This document shows positions 42,964 through 55,123 of a stretch of DNA of 64,000 nt, in pieces. The DNA is taken from assembly GCA_001599295.1 (NCBI GenBank), contig BCGN01000003.1, positions 1,054,001-1,118,000 on the forward strand, read 5' to 3'. Below the pieces are notes generated by a model. That model made no database searches, was not told where the DNA came from, and saw only the letters and a list, made by a program, of their open reading frames with translations. A program made the position numbers and the translations under genes. Positions within the stretch are counted from its first letter, which is position 1; each line of letters opens with the position of its first letter. This DNA comes from Sporopachydermia quercuum (taxonomy: Eukaryota).

Positions 42964-44711
42964 CTTGAAATCTTGAAACAATCTAACGAAATCCTAGCCA
43001 TTTAATTGGTAGATTCGCTGTGCTTCTGATGTAATCTGTTATAGATGCCCAAACTACACCCGCAACTGCCGGGACTTGTACTGTGATGAGCGGAGATCTG
43101 AGAGTAGAGCAAGAAGGAAAAGTGAGATTACGGTCAAGCAATTCATCAAACACCTTTGAATAACTGTCAGTAGTGGAATCAGAAAAGAAACAAATTGTTG
43201 TGCCCTTTGGAGGTTTTTGATTGTTCATGTGTCGTTGATTCACTTTGTTGTGAAGAACAACAGAGAATTACGAAATGGTTGTGTTTTGGGCAATACGGAG
43301 AGAGAGGAGATGCATGTGAGACGCATATTCGAAATTTAATTAGTTAGTAGCTGAATGATAAGGGGCATTCTAGAGAGAGACTATAAAATTGGAGGAATGG
43401 TAAAGGTGTTCTTGGAGTGGAAAATCAATGTGTTTAGTAAGAAATATGGGCGATTACGTTTTGATGTATTCTGATTAAGAATAGCGCTAGAAATAGCCTA
43501 ATAAAACATAAAAAAGAGAGGAAATTATTGGTAGTTATGATGCGATGATGATTAAAATAATTAGTAGTAAAGTTGGATGGAACGAAGTGTGGACTTATGC
43601 ACTAAGGTACATAAGAATGCGAACTTAAAATTGAAGGAAAGCACTTGAATCAATTTGAGTTATTGTTGACTTACTGGAGGTTTGTATATAAAGCTTGGTA
43701 GTTATTAATATTATCAACCATATTATATGTGGGTATATTTGGGTTATATTATAGGAAGAGGATTGCCTTCTCATATAGCACAATATTGTAACTAGGTTGT
43801 ATGAATGTAATATTGTTGGGTTCGAGCGTACATAAATGCGAGCACCAAAACAAAGGTAACAAAGGTCTTCAACTAAGCCTTTGTCTTATCAAAAGCTGTG
43901 AAACTTGAAAGATTTTACATTCAAAACGTTAAGGATGTCAATGCAGTTCATCCCCATACATATATATCCTGGTTAGGGACTGTAGTCGGGAATTCTTTGA
44001 TGAAACATTGTTCCGTTTTATGTTGGAGGTTAAAGTTAAGATTCTTTCTCTTATGGTGATAGTCTAGAGACAAGAAGTAGAGGTCTAGAGTCTTGACTAA
44101 TAACATGGTGCAGAAACACACATTAAACTTGCAGTCTGAAATGCATTTTTGTGAACAACTTGCATTTGAAAGAGGCTGAATCAATCCATTATATATGGTT
44201 AGCAATTAAACTGGGGGGGGTATCAAAGGGGATAAGGTTGAACCTTAAGAATATTTCTAAGCTAACCCATACTGAAAATTAAACCTTAATATATAAGAAG
44301 ATTAATCCGGATTCTGGGGTAATTACTCTGAACACAATGGGATGGATTAAATTGATAGTAACTCAGGCCACAATGATGTTTAAAGTTGATTTATTGATAA
44401 TTCTCAAGCCAGTGCGTTGTCACTCCAACTTTTATCTTCCAATATTTGGGGAAGCTCAACGTGATGGCTAATGTTATCGGCTACTGATATTACAGTAAAC
44501 TCATCTTTAACAATTAGGTGGCTCCTACAAATTAATGATCGATTGTTTTTTACTATGGCGAAGGTGAGAGCCGCAAGGCCTAGAGTGTAGTATATTTCAT
44601 ATTTCACATTAGAAAATTACTGATATGTCTGGAATTTGCTTAATTTGTAGGTGATGCTTGGCAATCATATTTCTCGAGACAACAAGCAGTAGGTTTCCTG
44701 AACCTACGGTG

Positions 44712-45140
44712 TTCGGGGAGCTAGAGCACTATGAATAACAGGTAATGCATTAGCAGTTGATGGAGATTGTTATGGCTCTACAGCAACATATAATAGAAAT
44801 AGATCAAAATCTGTTTCAGGATTTGCNATTGCTTTTATTTTCTTGTTTTCGATGATTTGATCCCTAGGTTTAAATGCAATCTCCCGGATTTATACTACAG
44901 AGATTTTCCCTTCGATTATTAGATCAAGAGTAGCGTCAATTGCAACCTTTACTGACTTCGTTTCCAATATTATCTTCAATCAGGTGTCTCCACATTATTT
45001 CAGTAGCATTCGATACAAATACATGGAGTATTTCTTTCTATCAATCCAGCATTAGCGGCGATTATATATTTCACTTTCGCTGAGATCATGGCAGAAAGAA
45101 GCAATTAGAAGAGATAAGTGAATTGTTTGGTGATTTTTAA
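44712..45140 (+). pseudogene. Decayed sugar-porter (MFS) transporter, C-terminal half
   Basis: FAIAFIFLFSMI*SLGLNAISRIYTTEIFPSIIRSRVASIATF...QVSP...IRYKY with in-frame TGA at 44858. After a frameshift: IIYFTFAEI (FPET-like). After a second shift: LEEISELFGD (45105-45134). Confidence 0.8.
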
Positions 45141-46401
45141 TTATTGCTAGATTTGATGAAATTATTCATGAGATGAAAGATAAAGAGCAATATCGAGAAG
45201 GTACTGGCGAAGCGCAAGAAACTTCGATGATACCCTAAAATGGATTCGAAGGTTGAAATAGCAACGGAGAGTCAAGTGAGAGTGAAATGTCGAGGACAAC
45301 AACAGTCCTTTGTAAAAGAAGAAATTTATCGACTGTCGGAAATGAGTTGACTTTGTTATTTTCTTTTTTAATCAGACCTTGAAAGTGCTGTTTTTTGATA
45401 AAAAACTTGCTTTTATTTATTTGAACATTGTAGAGAGAAAAAGAAATGATTTTGTTAGTTAGTTAAAGTTTATCCAAGGAAGTAGAGTTTAAAGATTAAG
45501 CGAAAATATTAATATTTTAAGCTTATTTGAGATTTAGTTCCCTTCGTGTTGTACTTATAAATACATTCTTCTTGAAGACAATAAGAGAACTGCATAGATG
45601 CAAAGAAGTTCATTAAGTGAAAGCGCGCTGAGAGTCAACAAGCTGCTTATCTTAATTGATGTAAAATCTAACAAAAACCGTGTCAAGCTCAAATCAAAAA
45701 AAAGGTAGATGAACGAACGAGACCAATTTGAGCCGCACCTCGATATTGTATCTCTTTTGATTCATATGTCCTTGTGGAACAACTGTTAGAAGAAAACATG
45801 GAAGATCAAATTTAGTAACACACAAAGATGAAAGCAGTTTACAATTAATTACTGAATCCAATAGTTTGGTTGACCAGTTATTATCAGCCATAGATTACTT
45901 TGAAAGGCCAAGTGGTTTTTCAGATCTTCTAAATAGTTTATACATAAACTCCGCATATTCTTAAACTCTAAATGAAACATTAAATCTCTATTGTTCAACA
46001 GCCTGGCCTACCTAATATGCAATTTTGGATTAAACCGCTGGAATTCATTTGGGAAACTGAGTAACAAGATGCAAATTAAAGCAGCAATCAGAACTCCAAG
46101 TTTTTCACATTTGCTTGTATATTATTAATCAGAAAACCTACTATACAATTGTTCAGTTAGACTTCACAAGAATCCCCTATACATGAAACATGCATGATTT
46201 AACAAAAGTTTAATCTTCTCTCTCATTTCCAAATCGGCTTTTCACTGTTTCTGAGTGTACTTTACTATCTATGGAAGATTCCTTCTCCTTCTTCTTCTTT
46301 TTCTCTTGGGAACTATCAAAAGCAGAATAAACAAATAACAGCTTTCTCTGCCAATAGATCACCCTTAGTGCACTATATCATCAATTTGCGCATCACATTG
46401 C

Positions 46402-48000
46402 ATGTCAGCTCTCAGAATGCTTCAGATTCTTCATTCTAGGCCTAAACTAGCGAAACAATGTTGTTCAACACATCATCTTTCANCCACCATCAAATCCATC
46501 TCTCGCTTATCGAAAGCTACCAAATTTTCTACTNTGTTCTCACGACTGAACTCTANTCAACCACGAGAAATTCCACTGATTATCAACAAGGAACTCATTT
46601 ATTCAACTACAAATGATATGTTTCCTAACTACTCCGCAATTAACCCCACAAAGCAGATAGAATCAATCACCAATGCATCAACAGGGCAAATCAACAGCGC
46701 TTTACTTTCAACCAAGAAAGCATTTCGAGAATGGCAGGAAGTTCCAAATAACGATAAAAAACTGATGTTTGAATCAATGGCTGCCAACTTGAATGAAGAC
46801 CGTGGAGNATTGATAGCTAAGCAGATTGAAATCGGTATATCTGAATGGTTTGCTGATTTCAACGTCAATGTCTCAATTGAAAGTATCCAACAGTATAGTA
46901 ACTTATTAACAACACAATCAAATGGCGAGATTCCCCAATCAAGCTCAACTCTTTCATTGGTTTTGTCTCAACCAATTGGTCCTGTGCTAAGCATTGCTCC
47001 ATGGAATGCACCATTGATACTTGCTACTAGGTCAATCTTAGCACCATTAACAGCTGGTTGCACTGTTCTCTTCAAATCCAGCGAACTGGCCGCTGGAATT
47101 CATTTCGACCTAATAAATGCTTTCAACAATACTGACTTACCTTCTGGATGTATCAACTTAATCCACACGTCCCCAGAAACTACTAATGACAAAGTGAAAC
47201 GGATTATTGAAAGTCCTGTGATTAGGATGATTAATTTCACAGGATCAACAGAAGTCGGCAGAAAAATAGCAAGAACTGCTGGTGAAAACCTGAAACCTAC
47301 TTTACTAGAACTGGGAGGGAAGGGAACTGTTATTATTGATAAATCAGCCGATCTGAATACAGCTGCTGAAGCTGTGATAGTAGGCATGAGTGCTAACTCA
47401 GGTGAGATTTGTATGTCAACCGAAAGAGTTCTCATTCACGATAAAGTATATGAGGATTTTACGGAGATCCTTATTTCAACAGCTGGCAAAATTCTTGGTG
47501 ATGACGTTAATTATCAGAGAAACAGTACCTTCGGTAAGAAGATAAAATTGCTTATAGAAGACGCAGTTAGTAAAGGAGCAAAAATAGTGTATCCTAATGA
47601 AAAAAGAATAACTGATAGCAATGAAACTGCAAATACAGCAGATANTGTAATTCCACCTACAATTCTCACTGGCATTGATAAATCAATGTTAATTCATGAT
47701 ACCGAATCATTTGGACCTTTGGTTTATCTAGCAAAAGTCAAGGATATCGATGAAGCGGTCGAACAGTGCAATGACAGTGGCTATGGGTTATCGTCTAGCA
47801 TTTGGACTAGTAATTTACTACAAGGAATATCAATTGCCAAAAGAATAGAAGCAGGAATGGTTCATATTAACGGCATGACAGTTCATGATGAGTCGACTAT
47901 TCCTCACGGCGGTGTGAAGAACAGTGGTCACGGCAGGTTCAACTCGAAATGGGGTTTGAATGAGTTTTTGATTAATAAGACAATTACAATTGCGGGATAA
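46402..48000 (+). CDS. Aldehyde dehydrogenase of the vanillin/salicylaldehyde-DH type, with a probable mitochondrial presequence
   Basis: IAPWNAPLIL, FTGSTEVG, ELGGK, catalytic GEICMSTER, ESFGP, VHINGMTVHDE, PHGGVKNSG. Confidence 0.88.
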   Translation: MSALRMLQILHSRPKLAKQCCSTHHLSXTIKSISRLSKATKFSTXFSRLNSXQPREIPLIINKELIYSTTNDMFPNYSAINPTKQIESITNASTGQINSALLSTKKAFREWQEVPNNDKKLMFESMAANLNEDRGXLIAKQIEIGISEWFADFNVNVSIESIQQYSNLLTTQSNGEIPQSSSTLSLVLSQPIGPVLSIAPWNAPLILATRSILAPLTAGCTVLFKSSELAAGIHFDLINAFNNTDLPSGCINLIHTSPETTNDKVKRIIESPVIRMINFTGSTEVGRKIARTAGENLKPTLLELGGKGTVIIDKSADLNTAAEAVIVGMSANSGEICMSTERVLIHDKVYEDFTEILISTAGKILGDDVNYQRNSTFGKKIKLLIEDAVSKGAKIVYPNEKRITDSNETANTADXVIPPTILTGIDKSMLIHDTESFGPLVYLAKVKDIDEAVEQCNDSGYGLSSSIWTSNLLQGISIAKRIEAGMVHINGMTVHDESTIPHGGVKNSGHGRFNSKWGLNEFLINKTITIAG

Positions 48001-48937
48001 CTGTAGATTTCTGATAGTAATGCTAGCTGATAATGGTCGTGAGAATCATGAAAATAACGTCTCTATTGATGATAACATCAAGTGAAGCGAAAATATCATA
48101 GAGCAATTTAATCAATTACAAATAGATATACTATTTAGAGCACTATTATCAGAGAAAGGGCTTTTCAGTACATTTAAATGTGTGGATGAAGAAAATGAAA
48201 GAAAGTATTAGACTGTCAACTAGCAAAGAGAGGTTTACTTATCTTTTCTTTTGTCAAATGAATCATTTGACGAAGTACTACCAAAATATGGAAGGCCAAT
48301 TTGTTATGATTGGCAATCAGCAATCCGAATGATTTCCAAGATTGAAGCACGCAAGAGAATAGCCAAATCCAGCAGTTTACAATGAAAAATATCCTTGATA
48401 TCTTTAATTACTATATAATCAAACTATTCATTCTCTAATACTCTTTCTTATTTTCCTTATGTTTCGTCTTTTTTTGCTTGCTTGTAGCTAGGAGATCTTT
48501 GTTCTGTCAAGAATGGTTATTTTTTATTTTATTTTTACTTTTTACTTTTTATCGATTAACTGTGAAGTGTCGTCTTGTATTTTTGGTGCATTTTGTTAGA
48601 GTGTCATGATATTATTGGAATACTCTTTTCAGCGTTATAAATGGAATGTAAAAGTAAAGAATTAGATTGATTTGAGATGGAGACAATTTTCAGTGGAATG
48701 CAGAGAAAATGGTTTCTGAATAACTATAAAAAAACTTGCAGATCAGTCACAACAGTCTTTATTTATAATGCTATACCTTATTATGACTCTTTATCTGTTA
48801 ATAACATAAGAATTGGTATCTTATCTTTACCAAGTCTTATCTAATGGTTACTTCTCTTACTGCCTATACATCCGATTTCTATTTCTCTTTCCTCTCCTGT
48901 CCTCTATTTCTTTCCTCCTTCCTATCCTTTTCCCTTT

Positions 48938-50379
48938 TTAAAACCCATCATTGGCTAACCTATCAGCTATATCCAAATACAACGCTGGAGCATTGAACTT
49001 CTTTTTGTCTCCAGTTACTTTGTAAAGAGCCTCCTTAACACTGTTTGTCCAATTGATCAAATCCAAATGGTCTACATTTTCCAGNGTTCCTAAGTACTCT
49101 CCCCATTTACTACTATTTACACTAACCATGCCATCATTATCTCCTTCTTTCTCGTATATAATCTTCCAACTTGGCCTATAAATATGATACCAATCAGGTT
49201 TGAATCTTGCTCCAAATGAATAATACTTGACATTAGGATCATCTGGTGTCGTTGAGTTGAACCCTTTCATTGATTCAAGGGTCAATTGCTTGATAGCATC
49301 TGGCAAAGGTATACTCAGGCTGTTTGAAAAAGTATCAATGACATAATCAGCAAGATATGAGCCTCTATGAGGAGTTGAAATAGTAGTTAACGAAATCACT
49401 TGGAAATTTGCCTGGTCGATAGAAGAGATCAGTTTCCTAGCATCTAAACCTCCCATTGAGTGAGCAATTAGATTGACTTTTGGTTTAGAAGGCAGAGATG
49501 AGCTGTCAGTTGAAGATTGAACTGGGGTTTCTGATTCATTGTCATTTTCCAATGGTGCTGTGTCTTTATTTAGCTCATTTGCTATATCTGTGGAATGTGA
49601 CGAGCTCCTTGAATCCTTAGGTAGACTTGATGTTGGTTTAACTACCATTCGCTCCTTTTCATCCGAATTGCTACTACTGTCCTTATTGTTCTTGTTATCG
49701 TCGTTTTCCTTATCCTCTTTAACAAAAACCTTACCACTAGCAATCTTCTCACTAATACTAGCATTGAGCATCTCAGCTCTGGTTTCAATAGTACCCAAAG
49801 GTGGGACTCTAGCAATTATTACTTTACAGCCAATTGTTAACAAAGCTTTCTCAATTCCCCGCCAATATTCAAATTTATACCCAGGGAAGAAAGAATTTAT
49901 TGTAGCAGCAGCAGCAGCAGTTTTCTTTGCCTGCTGGTGTTTGCTTAAGCTTGCAAATGATTTACTGTGGGAATCAAATGCTGTTAGATACTCCCAGTCA
50001 CTTTTACTAGGAATGAAACCCATTTGATCGAACCCAAGCAATCCATGACATAAAACAATTGGCTATTAATGTTAATAAATACTTTTTCATGTAGGAAAGC
50101 TTCAGTATAAATGTGAGGTGCTATCAACAGATAAGAGATAGACAGTAAGACAATAAAAGTACTTACATACTTAGGAACTTTATAATCCTGTCGCATATCG
50201 CAGTATTTATCAATAATGATTGAATCATCTGCTTGGTTGTTAAATAAACGGTAAAACACTTTCCCACTTCCGCGTAATCTAGAGCTATAATTGTAGTTAC
50301 TACAGCGGAAGACTGGTTTACTAAGGATCATGCGATGATATGACATGGCGTATTTCTGATGANGTCTCGAAGAAAGCAT
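48938..50379 (-). CDS. TGL2: Triacylglycerol lipase Tgl2-like, 2 exons (start ATG may be 50379, 50346 or 50331)
   Basis: Intron 50166-50063 (GTAAGT / TATTAAC / TAG) joins VPKY|PIVLCHGLLGFD. Motifs AHSMGG, STPHRGS, NDGMVSV, VDHLDLINW. Confidence 0.88.
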
Positions 50380-52179
50380 AGGGAATTGAAAGTAAATGTT
50401 GATGTATGAATTCACCGGGAAATGAGAAATGCAAAGTTGTAGTAATAAATATGCAAGTAGAAGAAAACAATTGAAAGTAAGCAATCAGTCAGAAAGCAAC
50501 TAGATCGATCGTCANGCGAAGATACAATTGATGGGTTGATCAGTCTTATTGAGCTGATGGATTGATTGATCCATATATAGCAGTGGACAATAGGAAGGAG
50601 CTCAGATGGTAATACTCATTAGACTAGAATAATGGAATAGCAAAAGACTGCAGGCTAGAAGATCATAGAATACCAAAAAACCAAAACAGTTAATAGTAAA
50701 TGTTTTATTGACCTTTTATTTGTATGGAAACAATTGACTTTTTCCAACGATTTTCTAAGTAATCAGTGACGAAGTAGAGAAATGATGAGAAGGTTCGATG
50801 GGAGACGGAAAAAAAGTGAGGACATCGAAAAATAAGATTAAGATTTAAATAGAGTTTGGAGTTTATAGCCAAGTTAACGTGAATCGGAGAAAGTGTATAA
50901 TGAAAGGGAAAGGAAAAGAAAGAGCCGTTTGATAATAGAAAGAATCTGGCTGAACAGACGAGTTGTGGCTAGCTCCAGATGATAAACTGCCAAGAAAGTT
51001 AAGTGGTTGAAAGAATATTGATGTTTGGTTTTAAAGTGTGCACCTACCGTAAGAGACGAATAACTAACTTAAGTTTGGGATAGGTGGATATAAAATTTAA
51101 GTTAAATGGAGCTCCAACTTCAAAAATGTGGTATATTTACTTACTTCATTCCAAGAAGCTAGTAACTTATTCATGAAAAACAAGAGGAATCACTAGTTTA
51201 TTGACTCAATGGAGCCAGCTGCTAGCTTCAAGAAGATATTTGAAAGCTTGGGAATAAAAAGTAGTTCCTGTGTTTGCCCAATGATTATAGAACATAATCT
51301 GTCAATCACCTACTTTGATATTTTGACTACAACTTCTCCAATATATTCTAGAAAAGTAATGCTTGATCCAATGGCTCTGATATCCACGCAATAAGCTGAT
51401 AAAATTGGCANAATTCATTGTCAATTAAAGATAATCTCCTTTCTTACTATTACACTGCTCTAATATTACACTGCTATAATAGATAGAAAGATACTAACGG
51501 AGCCCTTGAAGGTTAAAGTTCTAGTTTAAACTGCCCAATTGGGGCAAAGTTTATGTCTCTATTAACTTTAAATATTACTACTGTATCTTAAGACAAACTG
51601 TCTTAAATACCAGAGATACAACCATGCAATTGTCTCTTTGATAGAAAGCAATATACAATATTTAGCTTTAAAGGATGCTATCGATTTGTTTATATATCCA
51701 TTACAAACTGTTAGCTTCACTGAGCGCTCACTGCAAGACTCAAGGATCCTAGTTTCCTACTGGTTCATAAAACCCATTACCACATTGAAGACATTTCAAT
51801 TTACAGACATGTCTATACTCTCATCCAATTTCGGAACTCTTTCTCAATTGCAGTGGCAATGGCAGGCGTGATAGTTTCTATATTATCTATTTAATCCTTG
51901 AAAATTCCACTTCTCAGAAGGAAGATATTTCCTTTCTGAGTCCGCAAAAAGTTAGAAAGAGTTTTGCAATCACCGTAGGCATTTTGTTATAGATTATGTT
52001 ACAATAAAACGCAGCAAAGAATATATAGCTTAGCCGTCTAGCCTTCTAATGAATGTTGCAATTGAAAATTCTTATACAGATAGCTAATATCTTTAAATAC
52101 TTATAACAAGCTAAAAGAAATTAGGATATAAACATATAAACACTCCAAAATACTAAGTCTATAAAAGCTATTTCTTCGC

Positions 52180-53710
52180 TCAGTATCTTCCATTATTTCT
52201 ACCATCGCCCCTATAAGAACCACAAAATCTCTCTCTGCTTCTCTCCCTATCATTTCTTTCATCCTTCGAACCCCTGTAATTTCTACTATGTTCATGGTTC
52301 AACCTTCTATCAGTAGGTCTATAATGTTTCCTTTCAAGTTCTCTCCAGCTTTGACCTGAGTCTCTCTCACGATACCTTCCTTTATAACTACCAGAGTCTT
52401 TTCCTTTTATTCTGTCATTCTCGCTACTCCCTTCTTTAGNTTTATGTTTCAAGTTCCTATTAGCCCTAAATCTCTTTTCATTGGTGTCATTTCTCCATTT
52501 ATTACTTAACCCACTGACACTTTGAGAGAAATCAACATGAATCCTTCTATCATCGATAATCACACCTTGCATTTTGAAGTACGCCTTTTCGCAATCCTCT
52601 TTTTTTTCATATTCAATAAATGCATATCTTAGCGAATCTCCAGTTTCTCTATCCTTTATAACCTCGCAAGAAACTATGGGCCCAAATCGACTGAAAATAA
52701 GCTCCAGATCTTCTGCTTGAGTTACAGAGTTCAGTTTACATACAAATAGTACATTCTCCGGAGGTTTCACTTCAGCGTCAGGTAGATCTCCTAATGCTTC
52801 CAATGCTAATGCATTCACTTCTGCCTCATGTTCTCTTCTTCTTTTCAGAGCTTCTTCTGTAAGTTCACCGTTTTCATCAATCTCATTTTCTATCTCATAT
52901 GTGGCTTCATCTTCACTACCTAATCTTACTGTTGCTAATTGTTCTTTTGCTGGTGGCAGCTCCCATTCATCTAAATCTTCAATATCGTTTGGCAGCAGTA
53001 GTTCTAGCCCTGGTGGATCGTCAAACGGATCTTCTAGTATGAAACTGTTGATTATACGTATATCCTTTAATAACCTTTTTTCATCATCTACCAATGAATT
53101 GTTTATTTTATGTAGAACAGCTAAACTGTCTTCTTCAACAACTTTACCAAACGGAAGCTCAGCAACATTTCCAGTGTTTTCATCATTATTTTCCTCGGAC
53201 AAACATATGCTGAATTGTGACCCAATGAAAACGGCACCTTCTTGTGCTGTTGATTCAGATATTTTTCTACCTATCATGTTTAATGTTCCAAAAGATTGCT
53301 TGCGCTGTTTTTCTTCGCCCTCTGCGAATTTAATTGAGATAACTTGCCGCGGCGTTTTCCTATAATCCAAGATTCTACAATCTTGTTTGATGCCATCTTG
53401 AAATGTTTTGGCAAGTTCGATCAACCCATAAATGCTGCTTCCTCCAAAGCCATAAGGATACAATGGATCACCTGCTTGTATCGAAAATCCTTGTATTAAA
53501 TTGAAAAAAGGAGCGTAATTGAAGTACTTTACTTTACATAGTTTGATGAAGTTTTTGGCTATTTCTGGATGTGTACTGATGGTTAAATCAACGGCCAGAT
53601 CTCCTGTTATAAATGTTAGTGATCAAACAGGTTCACTGGACAATGATAGATAGAATAGAAAAGACAAAACTCCTGTTCTTACCTTCTGAGGTTTCAAATA
53701 GTACACTCAT
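52180..53710 (-). CDS. Cyclophilin-RRM protein (PPIL4/Rct1/CYP59 family), 2 exons, about 483 aa
   Basis: Exon 1 53710-53683. Intron 53682-53604 (GTAAGA / CACTAAC / CAG). Spliced MSVLFETSEGDLAVDL...NFIKLCKVKYFN...QAGDP. RRM PPENVLFVCKLN...IHVDFSQSV; RS/RE-rich tail. Confidence 0.92.
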
Positions 53711-55123
53711 TATGAGAAAACGACTTTATCTGTTGATGGTGATTTATGTTTGATACTCATAAGGTAGACATATTGCAAGAGAAGCAAGAAGATTGGAGGA
53801 GAAAGAAAGAAAGATTACAGACATGAAGAAACATAGTGGGGTTGACAAATTTCGGAGAAGATGTTAAGCTATTTTGTCCTTTATTATGGATTGATCATGT
53901 GACTGGAAATTAATACATTCAAGGTTTGGTGCAAGCTGACACGAATGAAGCTTAAATATATAGGATTACATAATCAGATTTGAATCCAAATCACTCGGAA
54001 CAGAAATGACATTAATAGTAAAGGAGGAGGACAATACTAAAATGTTTTGAGTTATGTTCAATGATTTTCTTAAAGATTTAGCGACAGAGCTCACTATATT
54101 AGCACTAGCTATTGCATAGTTAGAGATTTGAGATATTCTTATGAAGCCTCTCCCATTATTAAAGTTGTAGTCACCGGACCGTTCTTAAACTTTATTTATA
54201 TTGATTATTAACTTTTTTTTCACGTTCTAACCAATTCTTTGCGAGCCCCGCTAAAATCCTTTCAGTACACGAAAACTTTAAAACTCATTTCGTTCTTTTT
54301 TAATATTTTCTCTTCACAATTAGTCATAGGCAGCAGAGTAAGTTCTCAGTTTCTCTATGACAAACTCAATTGAATACTTTGGAAAACAATGGAAGGTTAT
54401 TATGAGTTATTCATAAACTGTGTATCCCGTTTTCAGAGCAATCAAATCAATTTTTCATTGTTAACATGCATAGTATATTCTCCAGGTTTCCCTCGATATC
54501 TTCCTTCAATAACTTCACATCTCATCACATGCGGATGTACTGCGTCAGGCTTGCAGCGAAATACCGATAAGACAAAGATCTTTCACATACTTACTTTACT
54601 ACAATTAGATCACCAAATCAAANCTCTCTCTTTTAGTAATTCTAATTCAAGGCCCAGTTCCCACTGACAGCCACTGAAAATTCATGCAAATCAAAATACC
54701 ACTCTCAAAACTGCTATAGGCTTTTCATGCTTTCCAATCTCCACCTTCCATATAAGATCTCATCTTGCTGTAATACGTATTAGGTGCAAAACCAGAACTG
54801 GCCGAAATCAGTCATAATCCAGAAAAATCTTCTTCTGTACAGATGAAACTTTACAATATATATGAATTGATTTTTCATTTCCTCCAACTCATCTATCGAT
54901 CTATGCATATCTCAGGCAGAAAACATACTACAACTACAATTTTTTCAGTACTGTAAAGGTTTTTTATAATATTCGATTCTGCTCCTTAAATCATAGTAGG
55001 ATATTGATCGGTATCGTGTATTAGGATTTTATTGGTGTTTCAAACAGCAGGAGTCTGTTCAAGGCAACGTTCAAGAGTGACATAGTCGTCAAGTAATTAT
55101 CAGTCAATAATAATTTTTTCGAG

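Noticed and set aside
51913..51940. Imperfect hairpin CTCAGAAGGAA...TTCCTTTCTGAG
   Set aside because: Isolated short stem with no other support.
55094..55123. Mitochondrial N-terminal extension of Leu4
   Set aside because: In-frame TAA at 55094 and no splice evidence; the short MPML start is ordinary for non-Saccharomyces yeasts.
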